Below are positions 46,231 to 59,500 of a DNA stretch of 64,000 nucleotides, piece by piece. The stretch comes from Macrostomum lignano (taxonomy: Eukaryota), in NCBI GenBank assembly GCA_002269645.1, contig NIVC01000414.1, positions 248,001-312,000 of the forward strand, read 5' to 3'. The notes under the pieces are model-generated. The model ran no database searches. It was not told where the DNA came from and saw only the letters and a list, made by a program, of their open reading frames with translations. Both the position numbers and the translations under genes were made by a program. Numbering within the stretch: the first letter of the stretch is position 1; each line of letters starts with the position of its first letter.

Positions 46231-47634
46231 TGGTCTTTGTGTCAGTGATCACATCGATCATGAGCAAGCAAAGCGCCATAGCCAAAACAAAATCGGAAGC
46301 TACTGAGAGGCAATACCAAAAGTACGTCGGACTATGACGAGTGCCATGTTAATTTTTCTTCCATGTATGTAATAGTGACGTAATTAGCAAGTCCGTGAAT
46401 ATAAATTTATCACACAATTCAGAGGCCACTCTCCGAGCTTCCGCTGAGCAGCTTGACCATCTCTCTCGATGCGGCGGAGTAGCTTCTGGTTCGTTATCAA
46501 AGGTCGCCACTGCTTTGGCACCGCACCGGCGCTCTGCAAGCGACGAAGAGGTGCGAGGCTTCCTGCCGACCAGCGAGGACCGCCCTGACTACAAGGAGAC
46601 ACCACGGATCGGTCGAGACACGATGGAGAAGACGATGGACAATGGGCTCTAATGGGCGTGGTAACCAACCAAAGATTTCACGATAGCAGGGTTGATGATC
46701 TCTGCGTTGCATTGTGACTATACTGTGCGGGAACATGGTTCATCAAAAATTGATTCATAAACCCTGGCCTTGAATTCCAGCTACTCCTAGCAACGCCTTA
46801 GTGAACGCCTTAGTGATCTGAGGGCACATTGTGACATGCCAGGACGAGTTTATTAACCACATAGCGAAAGTTTTCTGAAGCAAAAATGTGATTCGCATTG
46901 CAAAAATACGGACCTATATACTTGAAGTAGGACATTTAGTATATGGGACTGGCGTGCAGACTTCCACCTTTAATCAAGCAAGCAAGTTATATAATAGGCC
47001 GGTAAGCAAGTTTCAAAGTACCAATTGGTTCGCGCACCCTCAGATTCACAAATGCTCTTCGTATTCGTGGTTATGCAAGTAAGACATTCGAGCTTTTGAA
47101 CTGAATGCATGTACTTAGGTCACTCTGGAGGTCACCACAAGCAATCAATAAATTCGTGCATTCGCGATCCATATCATTTTGTATAAGATTACATGCATTT
47201 ACCTACGCAAATACCGGTAAGGTAAGTATATATAGAGTAGAGTAGTGTAACGATTCAGCAAGTCGTTTGGCAATAACAGAGTTTGTATTGTACGAGCCAT
47301 TGTATTATCGAAATGTATAATTAATATTTCAGTATATTTAAAAACTGGAAAACTGGCACAATGAGTCGCGAAACTGTATCAATAAATCAAACCGGATCGA
47401 CTATACATGTAACATTGAAAATTTGGAAATTATTGCATGGTCATTTTTATAAGAATGAAAGTGGTTTGGATTTAAACGGAAAATTTGTTGCTACGTAGTT
47501 ACGTTAAATAAGATAACGCTAGTTCAGTTTAGTTTCGGTCTTCTCCCGCAGGCGACTCTGCCGCAGCAGTGCTGGGTGGCAGCGGCCGTCACTGCTTGCA
47601 CACAGCGGCCGTCACTGCTTGCACACAGCGGCCG

Positions 47635-47964
47635 TCACTGCTTGCACACAGCGGCCAGCAGGGCCAGAGCCGCGGTCAGCACGAGGCCGCTGGGACCGAA
47701 CTGCCTCGGCGAAGAGTTGCACAGGTCGGTGTTGCAGCACCAGGTGCCGTTGAAGGCCAGGCAGGCAGGGGCAGCCGAACGGCTGATAACGCCAGCCACT
47801 TCAGCCTTGGTACAGTAGTTGCCGTTGGCTGTCGGAGTGCTGCTGGAGACGGAGCTGCAGTCTGCGCAGTCGTAGCACTTGACGGCGTCGGCCGGAGCGG
47901 GCAGAAGGCAGACGGAGGCCAGGAGGCCGAGTGTTGCCAGGCGGAGCACTTGGTGAGGCTGCAT
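47635..47964 (-). CDS. Ly6/uPAR (three-finger, CD59-like) GPI-anchored protein, intronless
   Basis: Signal peptide, KCYDC..C, YCTK, CCNTDLCN and a hydrophobic C-terminal GPI signal; 8 Cys. Confidence 0.85.
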   Translation of the reverse strand: MQPHQVLRLATLGLLASVCLLPAPADAVKCYDCADCSSVSSSTPTANGNYCTKAEVAGVISRSAAPACLAFNGTWCCNTDLCNSSPRQFGPSGLVLTAALALLAAVCKQ

Positions 47965-48304
47965 TCTGACGGCAGGTTAGGGTTAGGGTTGCTGCTTTGA
48001 GAGTTGACTTTAATAGACGCGACCGGCGCCACCCCAGCCAGCCCTCAGCGCCAACCGCCGGTCACCCAGGCGTATTGTGAGCGTGTTGCCTATGATTTGC
48101 CAATTTAGCATTATTCAGTAACTTCCAAGGTGCGCGTGAAACAGAGAAATTATTTACAGAACTTCAGCAACATGGCTTGGCCCCAGCTGAAAGTTTGATG
48201 CCGCCTGAATACCTGCAATTCTACCTTCGGTGGTGGAGCAGTTCTAACCTGGTTAGAGCAGAGCCAACCTATGGGAGTCGTGCAAAAACGAATGCAATAG
48301 CACT

Positions 48305-48502
48305 AACCCCAGATTAGCACAAACCCCCAGATTAGCACTACCCCCCAGATTAGCACTTCCCCCAGCTTAGCAGTACCCCCAGATTAGCACTTCCCCCAGA
48401 TTAGCTCTACTCCCCAGATTAGCACTTCCCCCAGCTTAGCAGTACCCCCAGATTAGCACTTCCCCCAGATTAGCATTATCCCCAGATTAGCACTACCCCC
48501 AG
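48305..48502. repeat. About 18-bp tandem array (ccccagattagcact)
   Basis: Direct reading. Confidence 0.85.
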
Positions 48503-51116
48503 TTTAGTTATCACGTTACAACAGATTAGCACTGCTGAGCTCAATCGATTTCTACTGCTTGCGAAATTATCGTTCCGTGTTGTCATGGAATCTGGAGGCT
48601 TGTTGTTTGCTGATCCGATATTTTTTTTTCTATGAGTTAGACTATTTATTACTCCAGTTCCTGCTGATGCCATCTCACTGAGCTCACTGAGCAACAATCT
48701 TATATAGAGCTCAAATTTCGTTGGTCGAGACTGGCAGATTCAGAACAGAGCACGGAATACACAGACTGCTCATTCAGTCCTGTTCTGTACAAGAAAATCC
48801 CAACTCTAAATTATTTTCAAATTGTGCTTCCTAGCTGTGCTGTGAAACTTTTCTCCAGTGTGAGAAGTAGCATTGAGAAGAATTGCCATAGACGTTAGTT
48901 AGGCGTGCGGATTCAGCTTTCAAAGTCCTGACGAATTCTCGAGTCCAGTGGGCCTGCGTAGAATTCGGTCCTGTGCTTAAAAGCATCCGCTTTTGAAGTG
49001 ATTTCATGCTTTTCTTCGAATCTATTACAGTAATCCTGTTCAATCATACTGGTACTGGTATACTATTCAGAGCCGAGTCTGGTCATCAATACAGCTCCAT
49101 CTCCTGCCTCAGTCACTGTTGTTTCCATTGGTCTGAACTCTGAATTCAAAGATGCGGACATAAAGTTGATCAAGCGGATGTCACGAGTGAATGGCATCAG
49201 TCAGTAACATAGAGATGCAGTCAGATAATCCATGGCAACTGCTTACAGTATTTTACTGCTGAAGCACTGGCTAAGCTGAACTGTGATTACATAGCTGGCG
49301 AACTGAGCGAACCATAAACACCATCAACTCTGCTTCTGCATCCTGTGCAGCCTCCCAGGTGTTGAACAGGCCTCTCTACCGCCACTCGCTCTTCCGGTGG
49401 GCCGCTGCGGTCTGCCTTGTAGCATTGCTGGCCTCATCAACCTCTTCAGATCGGGTCTGATCGGAATCTCAGTGCGCACCTGATGAAGCTCTGTGGGAGT
49501 CTGGGTGGCGAGTTGCAAGCTGTGCAGTATGGTTCAGTTGGCATGATGCAGGAGTTCAGTTCAACACATTAAAAGACATACTTTTTTAAAATCGAAAATA
49601 TGGCTAAGGCAAAAAGTGACGACACAGAGCGAGAAGTGCAAGACTGACTGCTTAAAGAGGAAGGCGAAGAATGGACAGGGGAAGATGAGGGAGATGAAAA
49701 TCCACAAACTGAATACATTTATGCAGCCCGCATAGACTTTGTTTCGACTATAGATTGAAGAAGAGGTTCTGTTTAATATGAAAGAAGCTTGTCTTCATCA
49801 TAGATCTTATATTCCCTAGATCGGCCACTTTGTATTGCGGCAATACGGAAAAAATCCACAATCCATGAAAATCCATAAAAATCATATATGGGAAGATCAC
49901 TTGTGCGAAACAATCCGACATGCGTTGCTTGAGTTTATAAAACCTACATTTTGAAAAAGATGCTTACGTAACTCCAGGAGGGAAAATTAAAAAAAGACTG
50001 TCTTGCCGTCGCTATCAAATCTGTTTTTACATCAACGGATACAAATATATTAATTATATATTAGTGCCAAACCAAGAACTACTAAAGTTAGAAGGACAAA
50101 ACACTCGAAATTTATGAAACAATGTTTCGAAGGCCACAAAATACACTACTGAGAGATAGGAAGTTTTCGTTTTTTCAGCACACACAGTCAGAGCAGAACA
50201 GCCTACCGACTAATTTTTTCAAGCATAAAATCTTCACTGCCATCGAATCACACCCGTCGCAAATATTTCGCGTTTTAACTAGTTACTAGATTCTAATTAC
50301 TAGTAGTCAATATGTGCATTGTACATGTAAATTCCATACGAAAGGATTATACATGTTAATCGCATATTAACAGAGCTTCAGAAGAAAAAATCTGAATGCA
50401 ATGTACACTGATTTAAACATGATTAATGTATCATCAAGTATCATTACTATATCAGACTATGTATCATACCATATACCAATATGCATCACAATGTATCATA
50501 TAATGTATCATAACCATGTATCATGATTAATGTATCACTGGTACTAAAATAACTTCTTTACCACAACTTAAAAATTTCTTGAATTGAAGTTGTTTGGAAG
50601 TCGTAAGTAGCTATATGTTTATTCTCAAAATTGGAATCAGAATCGATAGAGCAGTTTCAGTTTAGACAGTTTTTTGTAGTGCGGGTCTACTCTGTATTAT
50701 GGATTAAGCAAAGGCACATGGCTAGCCAATTAATAGCATGCTTAGGAAAAGTTATAAATTGGTTTTCATTGGCTAAACAATTGCGGGATACCTGCGCAAA
50801 ATGATAAGATACATGTGAAAACGTTGAATATGCAGCGTTTCGAGGCTGAGACAGAAAAATTTGAAATATAATTTAAGTCAAGGCCGATTTCGATAGAACA
50901 TTCGAAACCGGAAAACGGCAGGAAAACATACTGTGTCAAAACTTTAGGGAGGGGCAAAACTTTGCTAATCCGTTAAAAAAAGAGCCACACTGCAGTCTGC
51001 AGTCATATCATTGTGTCCACAAACCACCGTCATTTGTCCATGCCAACTGTCCCTGTACCTGCACTTTAGTCACTAATGTCTCAGAAGTGCTATTTAATGA
51101 CATTGAAGCCATTCGA

Positions 51117-51878
51117 TCACTCAAAAGGTGACACGCACTCGCACAACACACCAGCTGCCCTGCCCGCTTCGTCTTCGAAGTCCGCGATGCCGGTCTTTCG
51201 TCTGTGCCACACTGTGACGTTCTCAGCTGCGCCTTTATAATTGTTTGGCTCTCCGCGAGCCCAAAAGCTGGCGCTGGGGCTGCCACCGCAGCTCGTCCAG
51301 ACCCAGCCGGTCGCCGGCTCCGCACTGCCCGGCAGCTGGTGGCCTCCCAGCCACATCCAGCCACCTGAGAAGGTCTTGGCGTACAGCTTCTCAACGTGCT
51401 CCATCTCGGTTGAGTCCATCACGTCAGCCATGATCACCAGGCCCGGCTCCGACTCGCAGATGGGTCTGCTAGCCGACCAGGATACGGTGGTGCCGATGGT
51501 GCGGTACTTCACTCCGCACAGCTCGTCTCCGTAGCCAGACAGGCACATCGCACCCGGCTCGAGTCCCGGCTGCCGCTTCACGAACAGGCGGCCTCTCCGG
51601 GAACAGCTGCAGTCCCGCACCGACTTGCTGCACCTGTCGAACACGAACAGCTGGCACGGACCGTCGGCGGTGGTGAAGGCCTGGCAGCGCTGGTTGTCGC
51701 TGCACAGCATGGCGCAAATTCGCTCGGAGTCGGTGCTGTGGAACTCAGTGAACTCGCTGCCGATGCAGAGGCTGCCGTTCACGCTGTGGAACTGCCCGGC
51801 CAGTCCAGCCCGCACCACTGGCTGCGGCACCGAGCCGGTCAGCAGAATCAGGAAGGCCAGGAGATGAGCGGCAGCCAT
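51117..51878 (-). CDS. Secreted PAN/apple-like plus C-type lectin protein, EPN type, intronless (ATG 51878)
   Basis: Signal peptide MAAAHLLAFLILLTGS; CAMLC..CQAFT..CQLFVFDRC; CTLD WLGG..GWVW..FWARGEPNNYK..EN..VLCEC. Paralogue of 43406-44635. Confidence 0.85.
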   Translation of the reverse strand: MAAAHLLAFLILLTGSVPQPVVRAGLAGQFHSVNGSLCIGSEFTEFHSTDSERICAMLCSDNQRCQAFTTADGPCQLFVFDRCSKSVRDCSCSRRGRLFVKRQPGLEPGAMCLSGYGDELCGVKYRTIGTTVSWSASRPICESEPGLVIMADVMDSTEMEHVEKLYAKTFSGGWMWLGGHQLPGSAEPATGWVWTSCGGSPSASFWARGEPNNYKGAAENVTVWHRRKTGIADFEDEAGRAAGVLCECVSPFE

Positions 51879-52734
51879 TCTTGCTGGGAATGAAGCGGTG
51901 GCGCTTGCCTGGATTCTGGCATCCCGAGGAAGAACAATAGGCTTAATAATCTTGCCCTCATCCGCAGCGGCTCCCTTGATTGGCTGTGTAGACAATGCGT
52001 CTCATTTGGTTGTCATGGCGACAGAGACGCGGAAGAAACAGCTCTATACGGCAACTCACTGCTTGCCTGCTCTGCGCCCGAGCACCCTGCCATACCAGAG
52101 AAGCAATCGGCTGATCGGAGTCAGTCTTTGTTTCCTAAACGATGACAGTTACATCGGCAGTGAAATTGCATTTTAATACTTAGCTCGGCTCTGGGGGTGT
52201 GTGACGGTCACAGAGGGACAGTATGGAGGGAGGGTCTCTGGAACGGCAGTTACATCACCGGTATTAAAGCCCACGAACTGCGCATAGATACGAGTTATCG
52301 CAGTTCCATTTCTCGCTCCCCGCTTCTGCTTGCAAGTCACTACACAATTTTTATTGTCTTTACAGTCCCAAAAGTTAGCTTGGACAATTGGCCATTTTAT
52401 AACTTCAGTCAAATATTTAATTAAAAATATGTAATACATGCATGACCTACCCTGTTCTGCAGCTCATAAGTTATGAAAACTGGGGGTGGGGGGGGGCAGA
52501 ATTGATCTCTCAGGATGAGCCTACAGGAGACCCGCTAGTGTTTAATTTCAGTAAAAAACACAAGCAGGGATAGATGCTGGGTGGAATGCAGCCCCAGTGC
52601 CTGCAGACTGACGGCAATTTAATTGGATTTAAGCTGCCTGACCAAAAACCTGGTTAAGCTCCGGTTAGCGCCAGGGTTGGTGCGGGGGGACATGTATTGA
52701 ACTCAGCGACTTTTTGGCGATTTGCCTGTTTTGG

Positions 52735-52893
52735 CTCTGACTTGTGAGGTTGACTTGATTCAACTGCTCTGACTTGTGAGGTTGACTTGACTCAACTACT
52801 CTGACTTGTGAGGTTGATTTGGCTCAACTGCTCTGACTTGTGAGGATGACTTGACTCAACTGCTCTGACTTGTGAGGTTGACTTGGCTCAACT
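52735..52893. repeat. 32-bp tandem repeat x5 (ctctgacttgtgaggttgacttgactcaactg)
   Basis: Direct reading. Confidence 0.85.
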
Positions 52894-53832
52894 AGAGATG
52901 GAACAGTCAGTTACCGATGCACTATGAACAGTTTCGGAGGCGACGCTGTGTTGAGACTCATCGAGCGCACAGCTACGACGGTGGTTCAGAAGAGACGGAA
53001 GCACTTCGGCTACGAGACAAGTTGAAGCGAAGCCCCGGTGAGAGCAGCTCAATCCTTCCTTGATCTCCCCTTTACCCCCTTCATCCCTCCATGGACCCCT
53101 GGCTGGAATATTTCGGTGTATCTGGTCAACTCATCCGGCCAGTTGTCCGGCTCCACTCGGTCTGGTGCGCGGTTGAACTTTAGGTTCCATCCCTGGTTCT
53201 TGAGATGGTGCGTGAATTCCGTGAATTCGATTTCGAGAAATCGAAAAACGTATTGACCAGGAGTTCTGTAATTTATATAAGCGCAAGAGCAAGCCATGAA
53301 CTTTGAGCAAAAGTCGTTGCACATGCATGCATACCACGCATAGAGGCCTGAAGTCGTACAATAGTAAAAACTTTGTCTTGCACGTCAGTAACTCCATGGG
53401 TTAGTCTCTTCCAGCGGCTTCCACTGCAGCATATTGGTCAGAAATCCGAAAGATAATTAGAGCTTCAGAGTAACCCGATGAGGCAAATAACAGGCAATTA
53501 GAGTAAACCAAAACTGACGATAGCATGAGTAATGAGACATGCCCTGAAGCCACTCCATCATTTCAGCCAGCCAGCCAGACCCGGAGGAGAGGATCGGATG
53601 GTAATCGATCGATGGCGGCCGCGGACCCCGCCCGGCCACGGGACAAGATGGAGAAGGTCCGGACCTCCGGAGATGAGCAGAAGAATGTACCGCTGTCCGC
53701 TGATGGGAAGGGACTGAGAGCACTTCTGCGCTTCTAGCGCTTCTTAAGAGCCGCTTCTAACTCAAACAATGCGTTGGAATCCCCACTCCACCTTCCCTGC
53801 GCGGGCAGAGCGGATCTCCCTAGCAACTAGCT

Positions 53833-54194
53833 TTTTTATTAGAGAGGCAGGGGGGTTGTGTGCACCCTGGCGCACTTTAGGCGACATAGGCACACAACCG
53901 GCGAGAGGCATTACTGCCCATTCCGCCGACTCCCCTGAGCAGGCATACAAGCGCGCGGATACGTTACGCAGACACACACTCACACAGGAGTGTACAGCGG
54001 CCCTAACTTTATCAATTGTTAGGCATGTACACTTCCCTGCGCCTTGGGGGGGGGGGTTGGCTCTCAAGGCCGTTAATTGCACAGGCGAGCCAAGCCGAAA
54101 TTCCAATTCAGCCCCAAATTAATGTGGCTGCACTTGGAATCGAGCCTGGGTTGCGGCACACCAGAGCAGCTGCGCTACCGCTGGGCTACGGCCC
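53833..54194 (-). mobile_element. tRNA-derived SINE of about 360 bp with a 15-bp target-site duplication
   Basis: Head GGGCCGTAGCCCAGCGGTAGCG..GGCTCGATTCC (A and B boxes); A-rich tail; TSD ccctagcaactagct at 53818-53832 and 54195-54209. Confidence 0.8.
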
Positions 54195-56575
54195 CCCTAG
54201 CAACTAGCTAATAGTTTAGTGTTTTTTGGGCTACCCTTCATCAGGGGCTGCGACGCCACTCAAAACACTGCGAATGTGTGTCGTTGTGAAGGCTCTCTCT
54301 TCACCTCAAAGGAGTTTGAAATTGAGAATATTGCAAAAGAAACAGCTTAAATTGCTTCAGCGCTGCTCGTCTCAAAGCTCTACTTAGTCTCAGAGTCGAA
54401 CATTCAGCCATTGCTGCTCTTCTTTAACTTTGAGTTGCAGCCCGAAGCCAGCAGGAGTTTCGTTTCTCAACTTCTAAAGGCTGTGGAAGTCCAGGATGAA
54501 TTACAGGAACCATCATTGCGATCGAAGGACGCTCGAAGTAAAAACTCGATTCTCAGTTACAAACTAGTCAAATACTGTCTTCCTAACTACTACCTAGCTA
54601 ACTACTCATAGTCAAAACAGTAGTATTTGAATGCTACGAGCGTACTTACAAATTCAAATAGAAAGCTGATAGTGAATGTCTGTTACAAAAAAAGTACAAA
54701 TGTAGCATTCGATTATCTCATTTTCGATTCTTATAAATAGCTGGACACTCTGACGTGTTTATATATTTTTTGACTCGATATCGCGTACGAACAAGAGCCA
54801 AAACTTTCTTCTCATAAGAACCTGACCTGCTTCAGTGTCGCTGGAGTGCCAAGTGCATCATCGGCTAAAAAAGAGTCCAGTTCAACTTCGGCCTCGAGGT
54901 CACTCAGTAGATTTCCTGCTGGTTTGCTTATTACGCAGAAGGAGAGTGGCGTTTTGTTGACCCACACGGGGGTTCCCACCGCTGTTGTTGGTCTCAGTCA
55001 CGGAGATCACGGAGAAAAGTCCGACAGGCAAAAATTGATTATTTTGCAAGGTAGTTTTACTTCTTGCCTGATCCTTTCACACAGCCCTAAAGATCTGATT
55101 GACGACAAATGGCAACTTCTGGTCTGTCCACTCAGTCCTGAATCGGTGGGAGACTTCAATGCAGAAGTCACACCTGAAAATCCAGGTACACTTGGATAAT
55201 TTCATTCACGATCTGACTGTGAACTTGAGATTTCATCAACTCTAAGTTAGTTCTCTAAGTGGTCCCTGTGACGCTTTTGAACGAAATTAAAATGCTTGTA
55301 CTAAAAAAACTCAATGTTGACATTGGCCTGAAGTACAATTTCTACACCAATGAGAGCTATAAATCAGGTCATAAACAAAGCATACAGTTCAAATCCTATA
55401 TACTAAAAATGAAAATCTTGCTTGCTTTATCGCTATCGTCAGCTAGTTTATTCTGATTTATTAATTAAGCAATATGGTGATTAGAAAAGCGCGGCCGTCA
55501 CTCGAAAAAATGGATGCCTAAAATAAACTCTGATTTTGCCCGGAATGACTGATGGAACTGCAGATTTCTGCATTATATGGGGGAGGGGATGGTTCTTTCC
55601 AGCTCCAGAAATGTTTATGCCTCGGTAAATCTCGCACAACACGAAAGCTGCACCATCCCCCTGCATGGACTTGCTGCTATTGCAGGCAGTCCCGATTCCG
55701 AATTGCTTACTGCGCGGCGTTCGTTTCTTTCCACAAAAGACACGTCAGCAGCGCTTCGTTAAGCTTCCCCGGGCTGCATGGTTCCGTAAGAAAAATCAAT
55801 AAAGCCTCCCACACACGGGCACTGCATCATCATCTTTCCAGACCAAAAATTCGCTCCTCTCTCATTTTTCTTCTCCGAAGCGGCCCCTCGAAGCCTAACG
55901 AGCCGAAACGCCTATCCCCATCAGTTCACATCCTGGAAAAACTTTTATACTTTTTGAAGGCCATTATGGCAGCTAGAGAGACGAAAAAATGGCCCAGTCA
56001 AAAACTGCTGGCCGGCACTAAGAAACAGCTTTCGTTTCGGACTGTGCGTCAAAAAACAGCGTGCGAGGGCGTCAGAGAAGTGGAAAGATTTGTGGGGAAG
56101 AAGCCCGTAGTTTCTATACATTCCACTACTGCAGCCTCCGCCTAAATCTGGCACGGATCTTCCTTTGCTCCTCGCGCGCTGATCCTGATGCAGCTGGCAG
56201 CTAGGGATGCTGGTAGAATCGATAAAGCTGCTGTGCAGAAATGCCGCCTTCACTTCCCTTCGTTCCCTTTCATATTTTGTGAAGGCAAATGCGTCCATGG
56301 CCCTCACTGCCTTGCCTGTCCCCATAGGTTAGGATCAGCTACCCAATGGTTCCAGCCTGTGCCTACCTCGATAAACCTTGGAACGCAACGCACCTCGGGT
56401 TTAAAAGCCGGCGCGTGCTGATCTCGCCTATAAAAGGCCGACTACGAGACGAAAGGGTTTGACCGAATTTTTTCCACCGATTTTCGAAACCAGGCTTTAC
56501 TGCTCTTTCTCAGTTGTGATTTCGCTTATCTAGTTTTTTGGAATTGTTTTCTGAATAATCCTCTGGTACCAAAAC

Positions 56576-59500
56576 ATGGACGCCATCAAGAAGAAAATGC
56601 TGGCTATGAAGCTGGATAAGGAGAATGCAATGGACAGGTAATAATGCTTTTGGAATGCAATGAAGCAATTAGTCACGTATATGTACGACCTATCAATTAA
56701 GTTCTTGATCTTGTTCTTGGTCTTAATCTCGTAATTTAAGCCTTTAATATTATATTATTCAGATAAAATAAAAAATTGTAAATGGAAAGTCAAAATTACA
56801 CGTAACGTTTAGTGTTCAATAATTATATAATTTAATTTCTAATGCAAAGTCCACATTTTTACATTCCAGAGCCGATCAGGTAGAAACGAAGCTTAAAGAA
56901 AAGGAAGATGAGATGACAAAGAAGGAAGAAGAAATGGGTGAACTGCAGAAAAAGTTTTCACAGCTGCAGCAGGAACTTGATACGGCACAGGAGTCTCTGG
57001 CAGGTGCTAACACAAACCTGGAGGCCACTGAAAAGAGGGCTAATGATGTGAGTGTTTTGCTTGCTACACAATTTCGTTAAAGCAATTTTTTCCTAGAATT
57101 TTTTATCGCAATTAATTAGTGCACAGAGCTTAAGTAATAATTATCTAAGTATCTTCACAATTTTAAAAGCTCGTTGTCAAGGATTTGTTAAATTGATAAC
57201 ACTCGCGCAGATTTAACTTGCCACGTGACTATTAATTTTCGCTTATTTTTATTCTTCACTTCCGTAGTTTGACTTCTTGACTACGCTACACAACATTTTG
57301 TATCAGTATTTCTGACTAGACCAGTATGGCCAATTCCGGACAATCTCAAAGTGTTTTGTCGATACTAAAGCAGAAAATGCAGACGCTGCGTAAGGAATTA
57401 GACGCGGTTACAGAAGAGCTGGAAAATAAAGACAATGAGCTTGCAGAAGAGGAGAACAAAAAAGCAGAAGTAGGTGGCTACCTGTTGAATAATTCAATGT
57501 CTTTAATTTTTATAATTAATTAAATTTCTTTCTTCAGTTTTTATATTAGTTACAAAAATCAAAAATTCTTCATGATTTATTACTAAACTGTTTGATAACA
57601 TTTCAAAAAAATTAATTTCTTACTAGAATTCTGAAGCCTGAATAAAGAATGGAAGTTCGAAGGAAAATGTATAAATCAATTTAATTTGTTAAATTCCATT
57701 GAAATTCATTGATATTTTCTATATGTATATCTGATATCAGCATTTTATACTAGGCCCATATTCCATTTTTCTTTTAAAAGTGGCTTTACTGCTTCGATCA
57801 GTAGAGATTAAAAAATCAGAATAATTTGTATGATAAATGCATTTTGCAATTCTTTTCTAAATCTGTCAATAAAAAATCAATCAAAATCAATAAAAAATCA
57901 ATTTAATTTTTTGCAAATCACAGCATTGTTTCAATAGGTTTATTATAAATCATTATTGAACATTATAAACGCAACTATATTTATTTATAAAGCAATAAAA
58001 TGACCAACTATACTTAATTTTTAAGATTTGTTTATTTGTTTGTTTGCTTGTCTGTAACACTCTTGTTATACTACTATTTTAACGCGAAACATTATTACTA
58101 TTATCATTATTATTATTACTATTATTATTAATATTTTTAATATTTTATTAAAACGAAGTCAAAATTAGATAAGTGAATTTCAGTCTATAATAGATAAAAG
58201 TTTTATGAAATTTTCACCATTCACAGGCCGAGGCCGAGGTGCAGGCTCTGACTCGCCGCATCCGCTTGATCGAGGAGGACCTCGAACAGACTGAGACCCG
58301 ACTCACCGAGGCCACCCAGAAACTTGAGGAGGCCAGCAAAGCTGCGGACGAGAGTGAGCGGTAAGAAGACTCAAAGTTTTCCTATTACTAAATAAAACAA
58401 ATGACTTTGTTTATTATTGCGCTACTACATTTAAAAACTTCACGTGATTTTCTTTTTTTCAATTTTTATAATTCATATTTACTTTACTTTCCTTTGCTTG
58501 TATTTTTGCCGTTTTGAGTGCTCAGTACTCAATCACATAGATGAAAATCTAAAACTCCAATCGCTTTCGGCATCCAAATAAACGCGGCGATCCTGCAGCG
58601 CCCTGAAGGTGCTGGACAGCCGCCAGACCGCCGAGGACAGCCAATTGGAGAGTCTGGAACGACAGACTGATGAAGCCACTGAGCTGGCTGCTGAGAACGA
58701 GCAACGACAAGCAGAGGTGACGCCCCGCCCTCCTTCTGCAATTTGCTCCCGCCGCTCTTTGCAGCCGGCACAGTTTGATTTCCTTCAGCTCAATTCAATG
58801 CATTTTAATCGATCGCTTTAACCATGCGATAAAACATAGTTTGCGCGCTAACTTCCATTGATCCTAATGGTGACGGCTGGTCAATGACAGTCTGTATATC
58901 AGGGGTGGGCAAACTTATTTTACCTGAATTGCCTGATAGAGAATCCTGCTCATGACTGCGGGCCAGATGACAGCTAGAAGATATCATGGGGAATAGAGGA
59001 GAGAAAGAGGAGATGAGAAGATAGATGGGATGAGAGATGGAAGGAGAGATGAGAGGATAAGGGGGGAGGGAGAGAGAGGAGAGATGAAGGAATATGGGAA
59101 GACAGGAGAGGAGGGGGAGAGGGGAGAAGAGTGGAGAAGGGGGGAGATGAGAGGAGAAAGGACAGAAGGGGGAGAAGAGGGGAGAGGAGAGAAGAGTGGA
59201 GAAGGGGGAGGAGAGAGATGAGAGGAGATCACAGGAGAGAGGAAAGAAGGAGAAGAAGAGAGGGGAAGAGGAGAGAGGAGGGGAGCTGAGAGAAGGGGAA
59301 GAGAGGAGAGAAGAGGAGAGAGGAGGAGAGCTGAGAGAAGGAGAGAAGAGACAAGAGGGGGGAGAGGAGAGAGAAGAGAACCGTGAAGACCTTGAGCGGG
59401 GCCGGATTGCTATTGTGAAGTTTCAAAGGACCCGAGAGTATCGAATAGAGGGGGTTGTTGGGCCGGAGCTCGCCGAAACCCCGATCTGTAGTGTTTTTTT

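Noticed and set aside
48830-49520. Possible minus-strand exons (also 53049-53397 and 54850-55200)
   Set aside because: No recognisable motifs or consistent splice chain; cannot be supported without transcript data.
52960-53010. QLRRWFKKRRKH resembling homeodomain helix 3
   Set aside because: Flanked by stops in that frame, with no helices 1-2 and no WFxNRR Asn.
59376-59410. gaagaccttgagcggg as a tropomyosin exon relic (DLER)
   Set aside because: Too short, has no acceptor, and is better explained as part of the hAT-like MITE end.
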